Positions 1 through 8,189 of a stretch of 32,000 nucleotides of DNA are shown here, piece after piece. The first letter of the stretch is position 1; the number at the start of each line of letters is the position of its first letter. The position numbers were made by a program, and so were the translations under genes. Source of the stretch: Candidatus Korarchaeum cryptofilum OPF8 (lineage in GTDB: Archaea > Korarchaeota > Korarchaeia > Korarchaeales > Korarchaeaceae); the NCBI RefSeq assembly GCF_000019605.1, contig NC_010482.1, positions 1,050,001-1,082,000 of the forward strand. Direction: 5' to 3'. Below the pieces are notes generated by a model, which saw nothing but the letters and a program-made list of their open reading frames with translations, was not told the DNA's origin and ran no database searches.

Positions 1-294
1 AGATTGCTCCAGGAAACGAGTAGCTTTCTAGCCCTATCCCTAGCTATTATGTTCTCGGGTAGCTCCATTGAGAGGGCCGCGGAGAGGAGGATAGACTCAC
101 TGGAGAGGCTCATGGTCACGGGCATCATAATATCGTTCTGGATAGCATTTTACTCAATAGGTCAGTATTTGGAGGGAATAATAGGGCTCTTGGGCTTAAT
201 GATAGATCTTTTAGGCGCTTTAATCGTCGCCATCTCTTCCTTCATCCTCACCCTCAGGCTCAGCGAGGTCCTCAGGGGAAGAGGATGGAAGTAA
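1..294 (+). CDS. C-terminal fragment of an integral membrane protein (probably continues off the left edge), function unknown
   Basis: The frame is open from position 1; the ORF track starts it at TTG 4. The translation has hydrophobic helix-like segments (GIIISFWIAFYSI, LLGALIVAISSFILTL) and a basic C-terminal tail. Its last 75 nt overlap the 3-prime end of the convergent NYN gene, so the true end of one of the two is uncertain. Confidence 0.35.
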   Translation, partial: RLLQETSSFLALSLAIMFSGSSIERAAERRIDSLERLMVTGIIISFWIAFYSIGQYLEGIIGLLGLMIDLLGALIVAISSFILTLRLSEVLRGRGWK

Positions 295-747
295 GATGTA
301 CTGATCGCAAGCTTTCTTCAATGCGACACTGAAACCGGGCTCTGCTCCTATTATCATCACCTCCTTCCCAGATTCCTTCGCCTTATGTATTAGGGGCATG
401 TAGGCGGCGCTCCTAGCGGCCATAATGATCATATCTATTTTCTCATCATTTATAGCTTCCATGCAAACTATGGAGAAATCAACCTCAACTTTCCCCGTGG
501 AGATCAATGGTTTGAAGCCGGCGTTCGTTACAGCTTCAACTAATTTCTCAGGAGCCTTCCTATCTAGCACGACGACAGCTAATCTTATCCTCCCTTCCCT
601 CTCAGCTAATTTCCTGATTTCTTCCAAATCTGTGCCCAATTCCTTCCTCAGCATATTTGGCCCATCTACTATTACTGCTAGCTGCTTTGTCTTTTTCCTT
701 TTGACTCCCTTCAGTACCTTCATTTTCTCTGGTGTGAGGGGATGCAT
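220..747 (-). CDS. NYN/LabA-like (TIGR00288-type) predicted nuclease-fold protein
   Basis: 175-aa ORF. The core LAVIVDGPNM...IDMIIMAARSAAYMPLIHKAKESGKEVMIIG matches the NYN/LabA pattern: an N-terminal Asp in xVDGxN, then a later hydrophobic strand plus a small-residue stretch. The C-terminal tail is acidic. A TATA-like box at 748-760 favours the alternative start at 723 (MKVLKG). Confidence 0.65.
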   Translation of the reverse strand: MHPLTPEKMKVLKGVKRKKTKQLAVIVDGPNMLRKELGTDLEEIRKLAEREGRIRLAVVVLDRKAPEKLVEAVTNAGFKPLISTGKVEVDFSIVCMEAINDEKIDMIIMAARSAAYMPLIHKAKESGKEVMIIGAEPGFSVALKKACDQYILLPSSSPEDLAEPEGEDEGRDGDD

Positions 748-760
748 TTACTTAAATAGG
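748..760. promoter_or_regulatory. Shared TATA-like element (TTTACTTAAATAGG) between the divergent NYN gene and tfs
   Basis: This is the only A/T-rich block in the 39-63 nt between the two genes. Its centre lies ~32 nt from the tfs ATG (787) and ~32 nt from the internal NYN ATG (723). Confidence 0.3.
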
Positions 761-786
761 CTACGTTCAGGGAGAGGGGGGTCTGT

Positions 787-1113
787 ATGTTCTGCCCTAA
801 ATGCGGAACCCTCTTGAGACCTAAGAAGGCCGGAAAGAGGTTAATATATTACTGTCCGAGCTGTGGATACGAGAGTGAGAGCCCTCCGAAGGGAAATTCG
901 CAAGTCATCACGAAGGTGACATCGGAGAGCGGTGATGTTATAATAGAGGAGGAATCTGAGAAAATATCTGCGCCTGTTGTTGAAGCGAGATGTCCTAAAT
1001 GTGGTAATGATAAAGCTTACTTCCAAATAGTGCAAACAAGAGCGGCAGATGAGCCCCCTACTAGAATATACAAGTGTACGAAATGCGGTTACTCCTGGAG
1101 GGAGTACAGTTAA
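787..1113 (+). CDS. tfs: Transcription factor S (TFS) / RNA polymerase subunit M-like cleavage factor
   Basis: 108 aa. It has an N-terminal Zn ribbon (CPKCG...CPSCG) and a C-terminal TFIIS-type Zn ribbon (CPKCG...CTKCG). The acidic hairpin QTRAADEPPT carries the catalytic DE. Confidence 0.9.
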   Translation: MFCPKCGTLLRPKKAGKRLIYYCPSCGYESESPPKGNSQVITKVTSESGDVIIEEESEKISAPVVEARCPKCGNDKAYFQIVQTRAADEPPTRIYKCTKCGYSWREYS

Positions 1114-2381
1114 AGATTATATCTTACATCGATGCCAAGCTTCATTGAATCCTCCAGAAAGCTCGGATAGGAGTCAGCGACGGAGTCCTCACCCTCTATG
1201 ATGCATCCTTCCCTCGTGGCAGCAGCTAGAGCTAGAAGGGCCATGAAAATCCTGTGATCTCCATGAGAATCTAACTTCACACCTCCCTTCGGGCTCCCTC
1301 CCCTTATAACAAGCCCATCGTAGAGTTCTTTCACCTCAACACCCACCTTTTTAAGCTCGGAGGCCATATTAGCTACTCTATCGCTCTCCTTCACTCTAGC
1401 GTGAGCTACTCCCCTTATCTCCGAGATCTCGCTCACGAAGGATGCCAGAACGCATGCTATCGGGAATATATCGGGGGAATCCTTTAGGTTCAATTTAGAC
1501 CCGCGTTTAGGCCTTCCTTCAACAATAACTCTACTTCCGACCTCTTGAACTTCGACACCGAAGCTCCTGAGCACATCTATCGCAGCATAATCAGCTTGAG
1601 GCACGGTACTATCCAAATCCTCCACGATCACCTTCCCTCCGGTGACGGAGGCCGTCAGCATGTGAAAAGCGGCGAGACCATAATCTCCTGGGATTTTGAA
1701 TTCTAGTCCCTTAGGCGGCACTGGCTCCACTTTTATCTCCTCATTCAATTCAACGTGGGATCCGCTCCTCCTCAGGACCTCCTTCGTCATCTCTAAATAG
1801 GGCCTCGAGACCAGCTCCCCAATCGGCTTTATCTTCAAGCCCCTCTCGAAGCGCGTGGATGCTATCATCAACCCCGAGAAGAATTGAGAACTTATGCTTC
1901 CATCTATCTCAACCTCACCGCCCTTGAGACCTCCTCCCCTCACTATGAGGGGTGGGAGACCGTTCATCCTGGAGCTAATAGCCCATCCCCCCAGTTTGTT
2001 TATCGCATCTATTATAGGGCCCATCGGCCTCCTCCTCAGGCTATCGTTCCCGGTGAGCACAGTGTAGCCCCCTTCCGTGAGAGTTGAGATAGGGGCGAAG
2101 AACCTGATAGTGGTGCCGGAGCCCCCGCAATCGATCACATCATCTGGAATTGAGGGCCTCTGAGGCGGCTCTATCTTTATTTCCGTAAGATTATCCGATA
2201 ATTTCGCCCCGAAGGACTTTATGGCGTTTATCGTCGCTATTACATCTCTCGCCCTCGAGATATTCTCTATCTTAGAGGGGGCTTCGCATAGCAGGGAGAC
2301 CGCTAGAGCTCGGTGAGAATAGCTCTTAGATGGCGGAGCTCTGACACTACCTTGAGCTTGAGAGGGCTTTACTTCTATCAT
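1110..2381 (-). CDS. aroA: 3-phosphoshikimate 1-carboxyvinyltransferase (EPSP synthase)
   Basis: Motifs seen: PPSKSYSHRAL, GGEVEIDGSISSQFFSGL, RVKESDR and GDHRIFMALLALA. The ORF is open to 2441. I prefer the start at ATG 2381 (MIEVKPS...) because it gives a family-typical ~20 aa before the SKS motif. A TATA-like TATTTTAAAG at 2401-2410 also sits ~24 nt upstream of it. Confidence 0.9.
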   Translation of the reverse strand: MIEVKPSQAQGSVRAPPSKSYSHRALAVSLLCEAPSKIENISRARDVIATINAIKSFGAKLSDNLTEIKIEPPQRPSIPDDVIDCGGSGTTIRFFAPISTLTEGGYTVLTGNDSLRRRPMGPIIDAINKLGGWAISSRMNGLPPLIVRGGGLKGGEVEIDGSISSQFFSGLMIASTRFERGLKIKPIGELVSRPYLEMTKEVLRRSGSHVELNEEIKVEPVPPKGLEFKIPGDYGLAAFHMLTASVTGGKVIVEDLDSTVPQADYAAIDVLRSFGVEVQEVGSRVIVEGRPKRGSKLNLKDSPDIFPIACVLASFVSEISEIRGVAHARVKESDRVANMASELKKVGVEVKELYDGLVIRGGSPKGGVKLDSHGDHRIFMALLALAAATREGCIIEGEDSVADSYPSFLEDSMKLGIDVRYNL

Positions 2382-2400
2382 CCAGCCGAATTGTGTGGTG

Positions 2401-2410
2401 TATTTTAAAG
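2401..2410 (-). promoter_or_regulatory. TATA-like box for aroA (CTTTAAAATA on the minus strand)
   Basis: A/T-rich octamer ~24 nt upstream of ATG 2381, the spacing expected for a leaderless or short-leader archaeal transcript. Confidence 0.3.
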
Positions 2411-2508
2411 CTGAATGCTCATCTCTAGATGCAGACCTCACCTCTCTAACGGAGCTCCTTTCAGAAAAATATGGTTCCGGAACTGATATTTGATTATAGG
2501 TTAATCCT

Positions 2509-3402
2509 TCAGTGCAGGAAGTCGTGTATTGAGACCAGCCACTTCGGTACCCTAGCTCTGGCTCCCAGTAAGGGATCTACCACTTGATTTATCTTGAGCT
2601 CCACGAGCAGGCTTCCCAGCATATATGCATCCTCGAATGGGATCCCTTTAGCCCTCATTATCGCCCTTATTGACTCTTCTGCAGCCTCTCTGACAGCCTC
2701 ATCTAGATCTTTACCTGCTGTTATTACCTGAAAACTTTCTGATGTCTCCAGGATTGGCCAGTTAGGCATCCTCCCCTTGATCAAGTTGACCCTGACCAGG
2801 ACCTCACCGGGCGATTCTATAGCTGAGACGCAGAGCTCACCATCCGCTTGAACAGCGTGAAGATCGCCAAGCGCAAGCAAAGCGCCCTTCGTGAATACCG
2901 GGAGGTAGAGTCTTCTCCCCACTCCTAACTCACTCACATCCATGTTCCCGCCGTGCTTCCCCGGGTTTCCAGCTGGAATCTCCCCTTCCTTAGGCGCGAC
3001 GCCTATCGTGCCTATCATGGGCTTTATCGGTATCCTGATATCGTTGAAGTAAACGAAGCTCCCGTCTATCCTGACTACCTTAGCCTTAGGTGCGAAGCTG
3101 AGGTGAGATAGACCTCCGTAGCCCGGTATTACTGCGATTGCCCCCTTCTCCTGCAGCCTTATATCGAGTATATCCACTACGAGCGTATCCCCTAGATCGG
3201 CTCCCTCTATGTAGAGAGGGCCCGTCGCCCCATCGACCCTCGACCAGTCCAGCTTATCCGGGGGCGTCTCCTCCCCCTTCACCTGCCCTCCGAAGGCATC
3301 CTCGGTCTCAAATAATACATATTCTCCTGGTGAGGCGACTTCAGCCGGCTTGTGCTTCGGGCTGAATGTGTATATGATACTCCCTCTCCCTATCCTCTTC
3401 AT
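2509..3402 (-). CDS. Acetamidase/formamidase-family amidohydrolase
   Basis: Family-typical segments: PGEYVLFETEDAFGGQ, TGPLYIEGA..GDTLVVDI, GKHGGNMD and GDLHAVQADGE. ATG 3402 is preceded by GGGTGAG ~8 nt upstream. The longer ORF to 3450 would start at TTG and overlap the permease stop by 4 nt. Confidence 0.8.
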   Translation of the reverse strand: MKRIGRGSIIYTFSPKHKPAEVASPGEYVLFETEDAFGGQVKGEETPPDKLDWSRVDGATGPLYIEGADLGDTLVVDILDIRLQEKGAIAVIPGYGGLSHLSFAPKAKVVRIDGSFVYFNDIRIPIKPMIGTIGVAPKEGEIPAGNPGKHGGNMDVSELGVGRRLYLPVFTKGALLALGDLHAVQADGELCVSAIESPGEVLVRVNLIKGRMPNWPILETSESFQVITAGKDLDEAVREAAEESIRAIMRAKGIPFEDAYMLGSLLVELKINQVVDPLLGARARVPKWLVSIHDFLH

Positions 3403-3446
3403 ACGATCACTCACCCTTTGAAAAGTAAAAAGGTTAGTGGGATAAT

Positions 3447-5057
3447 TCAAACTGGAGGTAGCTCCGTGTATATCTTTGAGGGCTCTATCCCTCTCCTCTT
3501 GAGCCTGTAGATACCTAGGACGTATATTAGGATCCCTACGACTATCACGAGCAGCATCGCCATTACCGAGATATCGTTTACAGCCCCGTAGTTAGGATCT
3601 GTTATCCAGTAGTAATTCGAGATCAAGTTTACGATTAGGGATGCTAGACCAAGCAATGAGATTAAAGGTATCCCAGCGACCCTCCAGCTTATCCCTGATC
3701 TCTCAAAGAGATCCCTCTTCCTGTATGGGAAGAATATCGCTGCTAGAGACATTATTATCACTGAGAAGGAGAGGGCCATTATGCTCGAGATTACTTGAAG
3801 CTCTGGAACGAATATTATGGCAAACAAGAATACTTCAGCTATTATGAATACTGTAAGAAGCGCATATATCGGGGACTTGAATCTCTCGCTCACTTCAGCG
3901 AACTTCTCGGGTATTAACCTATCGAAAGACCATGCAAAGAGCAATCTGCTATCGTTAAGTAAATTCTGAGCCATATACATCCAGCCGAGGAATATGAATC
4001 CCAAATTCGCCCAGATGTTAAGGAAGGGGTTCTCTATTATGAGGAAAGCTAAGGTATTGAAGTATGGCTTTATCGGTATCGAAAGACCCTGAGGCGGGTT
4101 GTAGAATAGGTATGAGAATGCTGAGAAGAACTCTATTCCCATTGCTTTCTCAAGCAAGAATGCTAGTATTACAGTTAATCCTCCTATGAAAGCCAATCCT
4201 CCTATCCCTCCGATTAATTGCGCTCTCTTCGGCTGAGAAACTTCTCCGGCTATGAAAACTGTCCCCATGGTCCAGGGGACCGCTAAGTAAGCTGCTGGAA
4301 GGACTTTTATCAAGTGCTCCGCAGTATAGCCATATACTCTCTCCGGTCCCCATCCGAGCCCTTTAGCAGCATTTATTATGGCATTGTAGGGATCCGGAGT
4401 ACCTGCATATTGGGATATAAGCCTGTTGAGAGTTTCTGCATAAGTTTTGGGATCGCAGAGAGCTAAATAAACAGCACTAATTAGTATACCTATGAATCCT
4501 ATGATGAAAGTGATCAATTGGATCTTTATGAATCTACCCAAGCCGAAGGATGTCATCACGAGGAATGCGAGCATGATAAGTGTTCCCACGATGAGAGCTG
4601 GGATCGGTTCAGCTAGCATATCCCCTATTGAGACTAGAGATGGATTCCCTGTCACTAGCCCGAGGGTGAGGAACATCGTGGATAGAGCTACGGAGGAGAA
4701 GGTGTATCCTCCAAAAGCGAACCAGAAAGCTAGCCAGATGAACCAATTCCAGCTTGATATGAACCCTAGGAACGGATGCAGCGCCCTGCTTATTATCACA
4801 TAGTCTCCACCACTCCTAGGCATCGCGATGGACATCAGGGAGTAAACGAGGACTTGGAAAGTGAAGAGGAATGTCGATAATATCAGCCCTGGGACGAGAG
4901 CTTCCGCCGGAACTACGTAAAGCGCTATAAGATAGACGAAAACTAACGCTGTGAAGTATGCTGTGAAGTAGATATTATATATGAAGGAATCCTTAGGGTA
5001 AACCTCTCTAACTAGACCGGAGGATCTCCTCACAAAAATCGATGGTGCTTCTCCCAT
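3447..5057 (-). CDS. APC-superfamily amino acid/polyamine permease
   Basis: 536 aa with about 12 or more hydrophobic spans. The APC-type segment MPRSGGDYVIISRAL is present. GGTGAT lies 6 nt upstream of ATG 5057, and an A/T-rich box lies at 5089-5105. Confidence 0.85.
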   Translation of the reverse strand: MGEAPSIFVRRSSGLVREVYPKDSFIYNIYFTAYFTALVFVYLIALYVVPAEALVPGLILSTFLFTFQVLVYSLMSIAMPRSGGDYVIISRALHPFLGFISSWNWFIWLAFWFAFGGYTFSSVALSTMFLTLGLVTGNPSLVSIGDMLAEPIPALIVGTLIMLAFLVMTSFGLGRFIKIQLITFIIGFIGILISAVYLALCDPKTYAETLNRLISQYAGTPDPYNAIINAAKGLGWGPERVYGYTAEHLIKVLPAAYLAVPWTMGTVFIAGEVSQPKRAQLIGGIGGLAFIGGLTVILAFLLEKAMGIEFFSAFSYLFYNPPQGLSIPIKPYFNTLAFLIIENPFLNIWANLGFIFLGWMYMAQNLLNDSRLLFAWSFDRLIPEKFAEVSERFKSPIYALLTVFIIAEVFLFAIIFVPELQVISSIMALSFSVIIMSLAAIFFPYRKRDLFERSGISWRVAGIPLISLLGLASLIVNLISNYYWITDPNYGAVNDISVMAMLLVIVVGILIYVLGIYRLKRRGIEPSKIYTELPPV

Positions 5058-5088
5058 GATGGATCACCGATGGGTGCTCGAGACGAGT

Positions 5089-5105
5089 GAATATTTAATA
5101 TAACC
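5089..5105 (-). promoter_or_regulatory. TATA-like box for the permease-amidase operon (GGTTATATTAAATATTC on the minus strand)
   Basis: A/T-rich block ~40 nt upstream of ATG 5057, with a GGTGAT ribosome-binding site between them. Confidence 0.35.
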
Positions 5106-5213
5106 TTTTCCACGATCTCGGTTCCGATCGTAGCTTATCTCTATTCCGATCTTTTAACCGAATCCCGTAATATTGCCAATGCTACTGCTTTCAACCTCCA
5201 GGCTTAATTATTC

Positions 5214-5513
5214 ATGATGCTCAGTGAGCCCATGCCCGAGGGTGAGCTCATAGTCATATCCGTTCTAGGGGTCGATAGACCCGGGATAGTTTCAGAGATA
5301 TCCTCTGCTCTAGCTGAAGCTAATGCAAATATAGTTGATATTTCCATGACCGTTCTCAGGGGATTTTTCACGATGATAATGGTCGTCGATATCTCATCGA
5401 GTAGGAAGGGCTTGGAGGAGCTCAGGGAGGAGCTGGAAGAGAGGGGGAAGAAGGTAGGGGTCAACGTCATCCTGATACATGAGAAAGTCTTCAGGTTCAT
5501 GCAGAGGGTGTGA
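5214..5513 (+). CDS. ACT-domain protein (UPF0237 family)
   Basis: The pattern LIVISVLGVDRPGIVSEISSALAEANANIVDIS...FTMIMVVD is a classic ACT beta-alpha-beta-beta-alpha-beta signature. The gene sits immediately upstream of a UPF0210/DUF711 gene and overlaps it, which is the usual partnership. The start may instead be ATG 5232 (MPEGELIV), 25 nt downstream of CTTAATTATT at 5203-5212. Confidence 0.8.
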   Translation: MMLSEPMPEGELIVISVLGVDRPGIVSEISSALAEANANIVDISMTVLRGFFTMIMVVDISSSRKGLEELREELEERGKKVGVNVILIHEKVFRFMQRV

Positions 5514-5515
5514 GA

Positions 5516-6883
5516 ATGCCTAGATATGAGGTAAATGAGATATCTGAGATATTAGAGATGCTCTCATTCCAAAATCTCGATATAAGGGCAGTGACCTTAG
5601 GGGTAGACATACTACCCTCGCTGAGGTACGATGACGTGAAGGAAGGGATAATCAGCGTGATTGAGGAGAAGGCTTCCGGCTTTAGGGAAGCTGTTGATAC
5701 TGTAGCAAGGAGATTGGGGGTCAAGATAGTGACTAAGAGGTTAGCTGTTACTCCCACCTGCTACCTAGTTGACTCCTTGGCCTCAGATAAGGATGAGGCC
5801 AGGGAAGTAGCAGTTGAGATAGGTCTTTCCCTGGAGGAGGCATCCGAGGAGCTAAAATTGGATTACGTCGGCGGACATGCGGCATTCGTCGATTCAGGAT
5901 TCTCTATAGGTGATTATGGAGTTATATACTCGATACCGGAGGTTCTCTCATCGAGCGAGAGGCTCTCCTCTCTAGTCAATGCCGCATCCACGGCCCACGG
6001 GATAAACATAGAGGCCGTATCCATCATGGGAGTTATAATAAAGGAGCTAGCTGAGCTCGATTATAGGGGATGCACTAGACTGGGAGTTTTCGCGAATGCT
6101 ATCGGAGGGACTCCATTCATACCTGGAGCCTACCATGATGGGAGGGAGAACGATCCTGTGATAAACATCGCGATAAGCGGTCCCGGTGTCGTGGAAAGTG
6201 TGGTAAAGCTCTTAGAGGGGAAGGACCTCAGGACGATCCATGATGCGATTAAGAGGGTCGCCTTCAAGATAACTAGATTGGGCGAGCTGGTCGGGAGGGA
6301 GGTAGCTGAGGTCATGGGGGCTAAGTTCGGGTCCGTAGACCTTTCTCTAGCTCCAACACCAGCTATTGGGGATAGCGTCGCCGGGATTTTGAGAGCGATG
6401 GGGGTTGAGGAGGTTGGAGCACCTGGAAGCTTACTGGCCCTAGCGGTACTGACTGATGCTGTGAAGAAAGGTGGCGCTATGGCTACTTCCTCAGTCGGGG
6501 GGCTAAGCGGGGCCTTCATACCGGTTAGCGAGGATTCCGGTATGGCTGAAGCTATTAGGAGGGGAGCCCTCAACCTTCAAGCCCTCCTCTCTATGACGGC
6601 TGTTTGTAGCACGGGCATCGATATGGTGCCGATACCCGGGGAGGTTGAAGCTGATAAGATCTCCGCGATAATAGGGGACGTGATGGCCTTGGCTGTTACT
6701 TTAGATAAGGTCCTCGGAGTTAGGCTAATTCCAGTACCCGGAGCTAAGGAAGGAGATGAAGTAGATTTTGGGGGTATCCTTGGATCTTCCCCTGTCCTTG
6801 GAGTCCCCAGGTTTGATTCCAAGGTTCTATTAGCTAGAGGAGGTATAGTTCCCCCTATGGTCAACAGGCTCCTGAGGGGGTAG
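5516..6883 (+). CDS. UPF0210 / DUF711 family protein (PFL-like fold, function unknown)
   Basis: About 455 aa. N-terminal segment LDIRAVTLGV. C-terminal half has VDLSLAPTP, FIPVSEDSGM, CSTGIDMVPIPG and RLIPVPGAKEGDEVDFGGILG. Start is GTG 5510 (overlapping the ACT stop) or ATG 5516. Confidence 0.8.
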   Translation: MPRYEVNEISEILEMLSFQNLDIRAVTLGVDILPSLRYDDVKEGIISVIEEKASGFREAVDTVARRLGVKIVTKRLAVTPTCYLVDSLASDKDEAREVAVEIGLSLEEASEELKLDYVGGHAAFVDSGFSIGDYGVIYSIPEVLSSSERLSSLVNAASTAHGINIEAVSIMGVIIKELAELDYRGCTRLGVFANAIGGTPFIPGAYHDGRENDPVINIAISGPGVVESVVKLLEGKDLRTIHDAIKRVAFKITRLGELVGREVAEVMGAKFGSVDLSLAPTPAIGDSVAGILRAMGVEEVGAPGSLLALAVLTDAVKKGGAMATSSVGGLSGAFIPVSEDSGMAEAIRRGALNLQALLSMTAVCSTGIDMVPIPGEVEADKISAIIGDVMALAVTLDKVLGVRLIPVPGAKEGDEVDFGGILGSSPVLGVPRFDSKVLLARGGIVPPMVNRLLRG

Positions 6884-6884
6884 T

Positions 6885-7199
6885 ATGAAGGTCCTGAAGT
6901 TCAAGGGGAAATATAAGAGTTGGATAATCTCTGGGAGGAAGAGGAGCACGATAAGAATGGAAACGAGCCTCAATCCTGGAGATTTAGTTTACTTAGAGGC
7001 AGGGGAGGAGAGGATAGGTGAAGCTATAATAAGGGAGGTGAGGGAGCTCAGCTTAGGGGAGATTGACGACGACCTAGCGAGGGAGGATGGATTCCAGAGC
7101 GTTGATGATCTCATAGATGAGCTCATATCAATATATGGGGATGAGATTTTTAATAGGAGGTTGAAGCTGATAAGGTTCGATCTGATCGGGAGGGATTAG
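6885..7199 (+). CDS. ASCH-domain (PUA-like fold) protein
   Basis: 104 aa matching the ASCH pattern: KYKSWIISGRKRSTIR, PGDLVYL, a region ending ARE/DGF...L, and a terminal beta strand (LKLIRFDL). It starts 1 nt after the UPF0210 stop and ends directly at the trxB start. Confidence 0.7.
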   Translation: MKVLKFKGKYKSWIISGRKRSTIRMETSLNPGDLVYLEAGEERIGEAIIREVRELSLGEIDDDLAREDGFQSVDDLIDELISIYGDEIFNRRLKLIRFDLIGRD

Positions 7200-8189
7200 A
7201 TGTTCTTCATGCCACAAGCGAGGGTGGAGAGGGATAATGACGTTATAATCGTTGGAGGAGGCCCCGGGGGCCTTACAGCCGCTATCTACCTAGCTAGATA
7301 CGGGCTGAAGGTTTTAGTCATTGAGAAGAGCGTGCCAGGTGGCAAGATCAATATAAATCCGGTTATAGAGAACTATCCTGGCTTCGAATCGATAAGCGGG
7401 GAGGAGCTGGGGAGGAGGATGCACGAGCACGCGCTCAAGTCCGGGGCGAGGATACTCTCACCCGAGGAAGTAGTGAAGCTTGAGTTAACCGGGGAGCTAA
7501 AGAGAGTTTATACGAGCTCAGGCAAGGAGTTTCAGGCTAGAGCTTTGATCATAGCTACGGGAGCTGAGGAGAGGAAGCTTGGGATACCTGGAGAAGGGGA
7601 GTTCTTCGGGAAGGGAGTTAGCTACTGCGCTGTATGCGATGGGCCCCTCTTCAAGGGGAAGAGGGTTATAGTAGTCGGAGGTGGAAATACGGCTGCAATA
7701 TCATCCATCTATTTATCTAAGATCGCTAAAGAGGTTATCTTAGTCCACAGGAGGTCCTCGATGAGGGCTGAGAAGGCGTTAGTTGATAACTTGATGAGCA
7801 GGGAGAACGTCAAGTTCCTATTCAATAGCGTCCTGACAGCTATAGTTGGGGAGGGTAGGGTTGAGGGAGCTAGAGTCAGGGACTTGGAGAGCGGGGAGGA
7901 GAGCTTCATCGAAGCCGATGGCGTCTTCATACTGATAGGAGTGGAACCGAATAGCAAAATAGCTAGAGAGGCTGGAGTGGAGACTGATGAGAGGGGATTC
8001 ATAAAGGTCGATTGCTGGCAGAGGACGAACATCCCAGGCGTTTATGCTGTGGGTGATGTCACGGGGGAGCCATTGCAGATAGCTAAAGCAGTTGGGGATG
8101 GGGTGAGAGCTGCAGTCGATATATACGATAGGATATTCGGAGGGTCTTACGCTAGGGCATCATCACAGGGACCTTCCCGAACCTCCTGA
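7200..8189 (+). CDS. trxB: Thioredoxin-disulfide reductase
   Basis: FAD motif VGGGPGGLTAAIY; redox-active CAVC at 7626-7637; NADPH motifs VVGGGNTA and VHRRSSMRA; GDV motif (YAVGDVTG). The last 38 nt overlap the convergent gene. Confidence 0.9.
   Translation: MFFMPQARVERDNDVIIVGGGPGGLTAAIYLARYGLKVLVIEKSVPGGKININPVIENYPGFESISGEELGRRMHEHALKSGARILSPEEVVKLELTGELKRVYTSSGKEFQARALIIATGAEERKLGIPGEGEFFGKGVSYCAVCDGPLFKGKRVIVVGGGNTAAISSIYLSKIAKEVILVHRRSSMRAEKALVDNLMSRENVKFLFNSVLTAIVGEGRVEGARVRDLESGEESFIEADGVFILIGVEPNSKIAREAGVETDERGFIKVDCWQRTNIPGVYAVGDVTGEPLQIAKAVGDGVRAAVDIYDRIFGGSYARASSQGPSRTS

Noticed and set aside
220-747. NYN-domain protein as a candidate toxin or defence nuclease.
   Set aside because: It is a stand-alone LabA/TIGR00288-type NYN protein. 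It has no partner gene, no antitoxin-sized neighbour and no fused sensor domain. The family is a common core archaeal protein.
425-817. 130-aa plus-strand ORF running antisense to the NYN gene and into the tfs start.
   Set aside because: It is a shadow of the minus-strand NYN gene, with S/T/F/L-rich composition and no motifs. It would also overlap the well-supported tfs gene.
2382-2441. N-terminal 20-aa extension of aroA (MRSASRDEHSALKYTTQFGW), and similarly the 16-aa extension of the amidase at 3403-3450.
   Set aside because: The extensions are not family-like. The internal ATGs have better-placed signals: a TATA-like box at 2401-2410 for aroA, and a GGGTGAG ribosome-binding site before 3402 for the amidase. 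The 3450 start is a TTG.
6130-6864. Two long minus-strand ORFs (147 and 95 aa) inside the UPF0210 gene.
   Set aside because: Both lie entirely within a strongly supported plus-strand gene. Their P/S/T/A-rich composition is typical of antisense frames in GAG/AGG-rich coding DNA.
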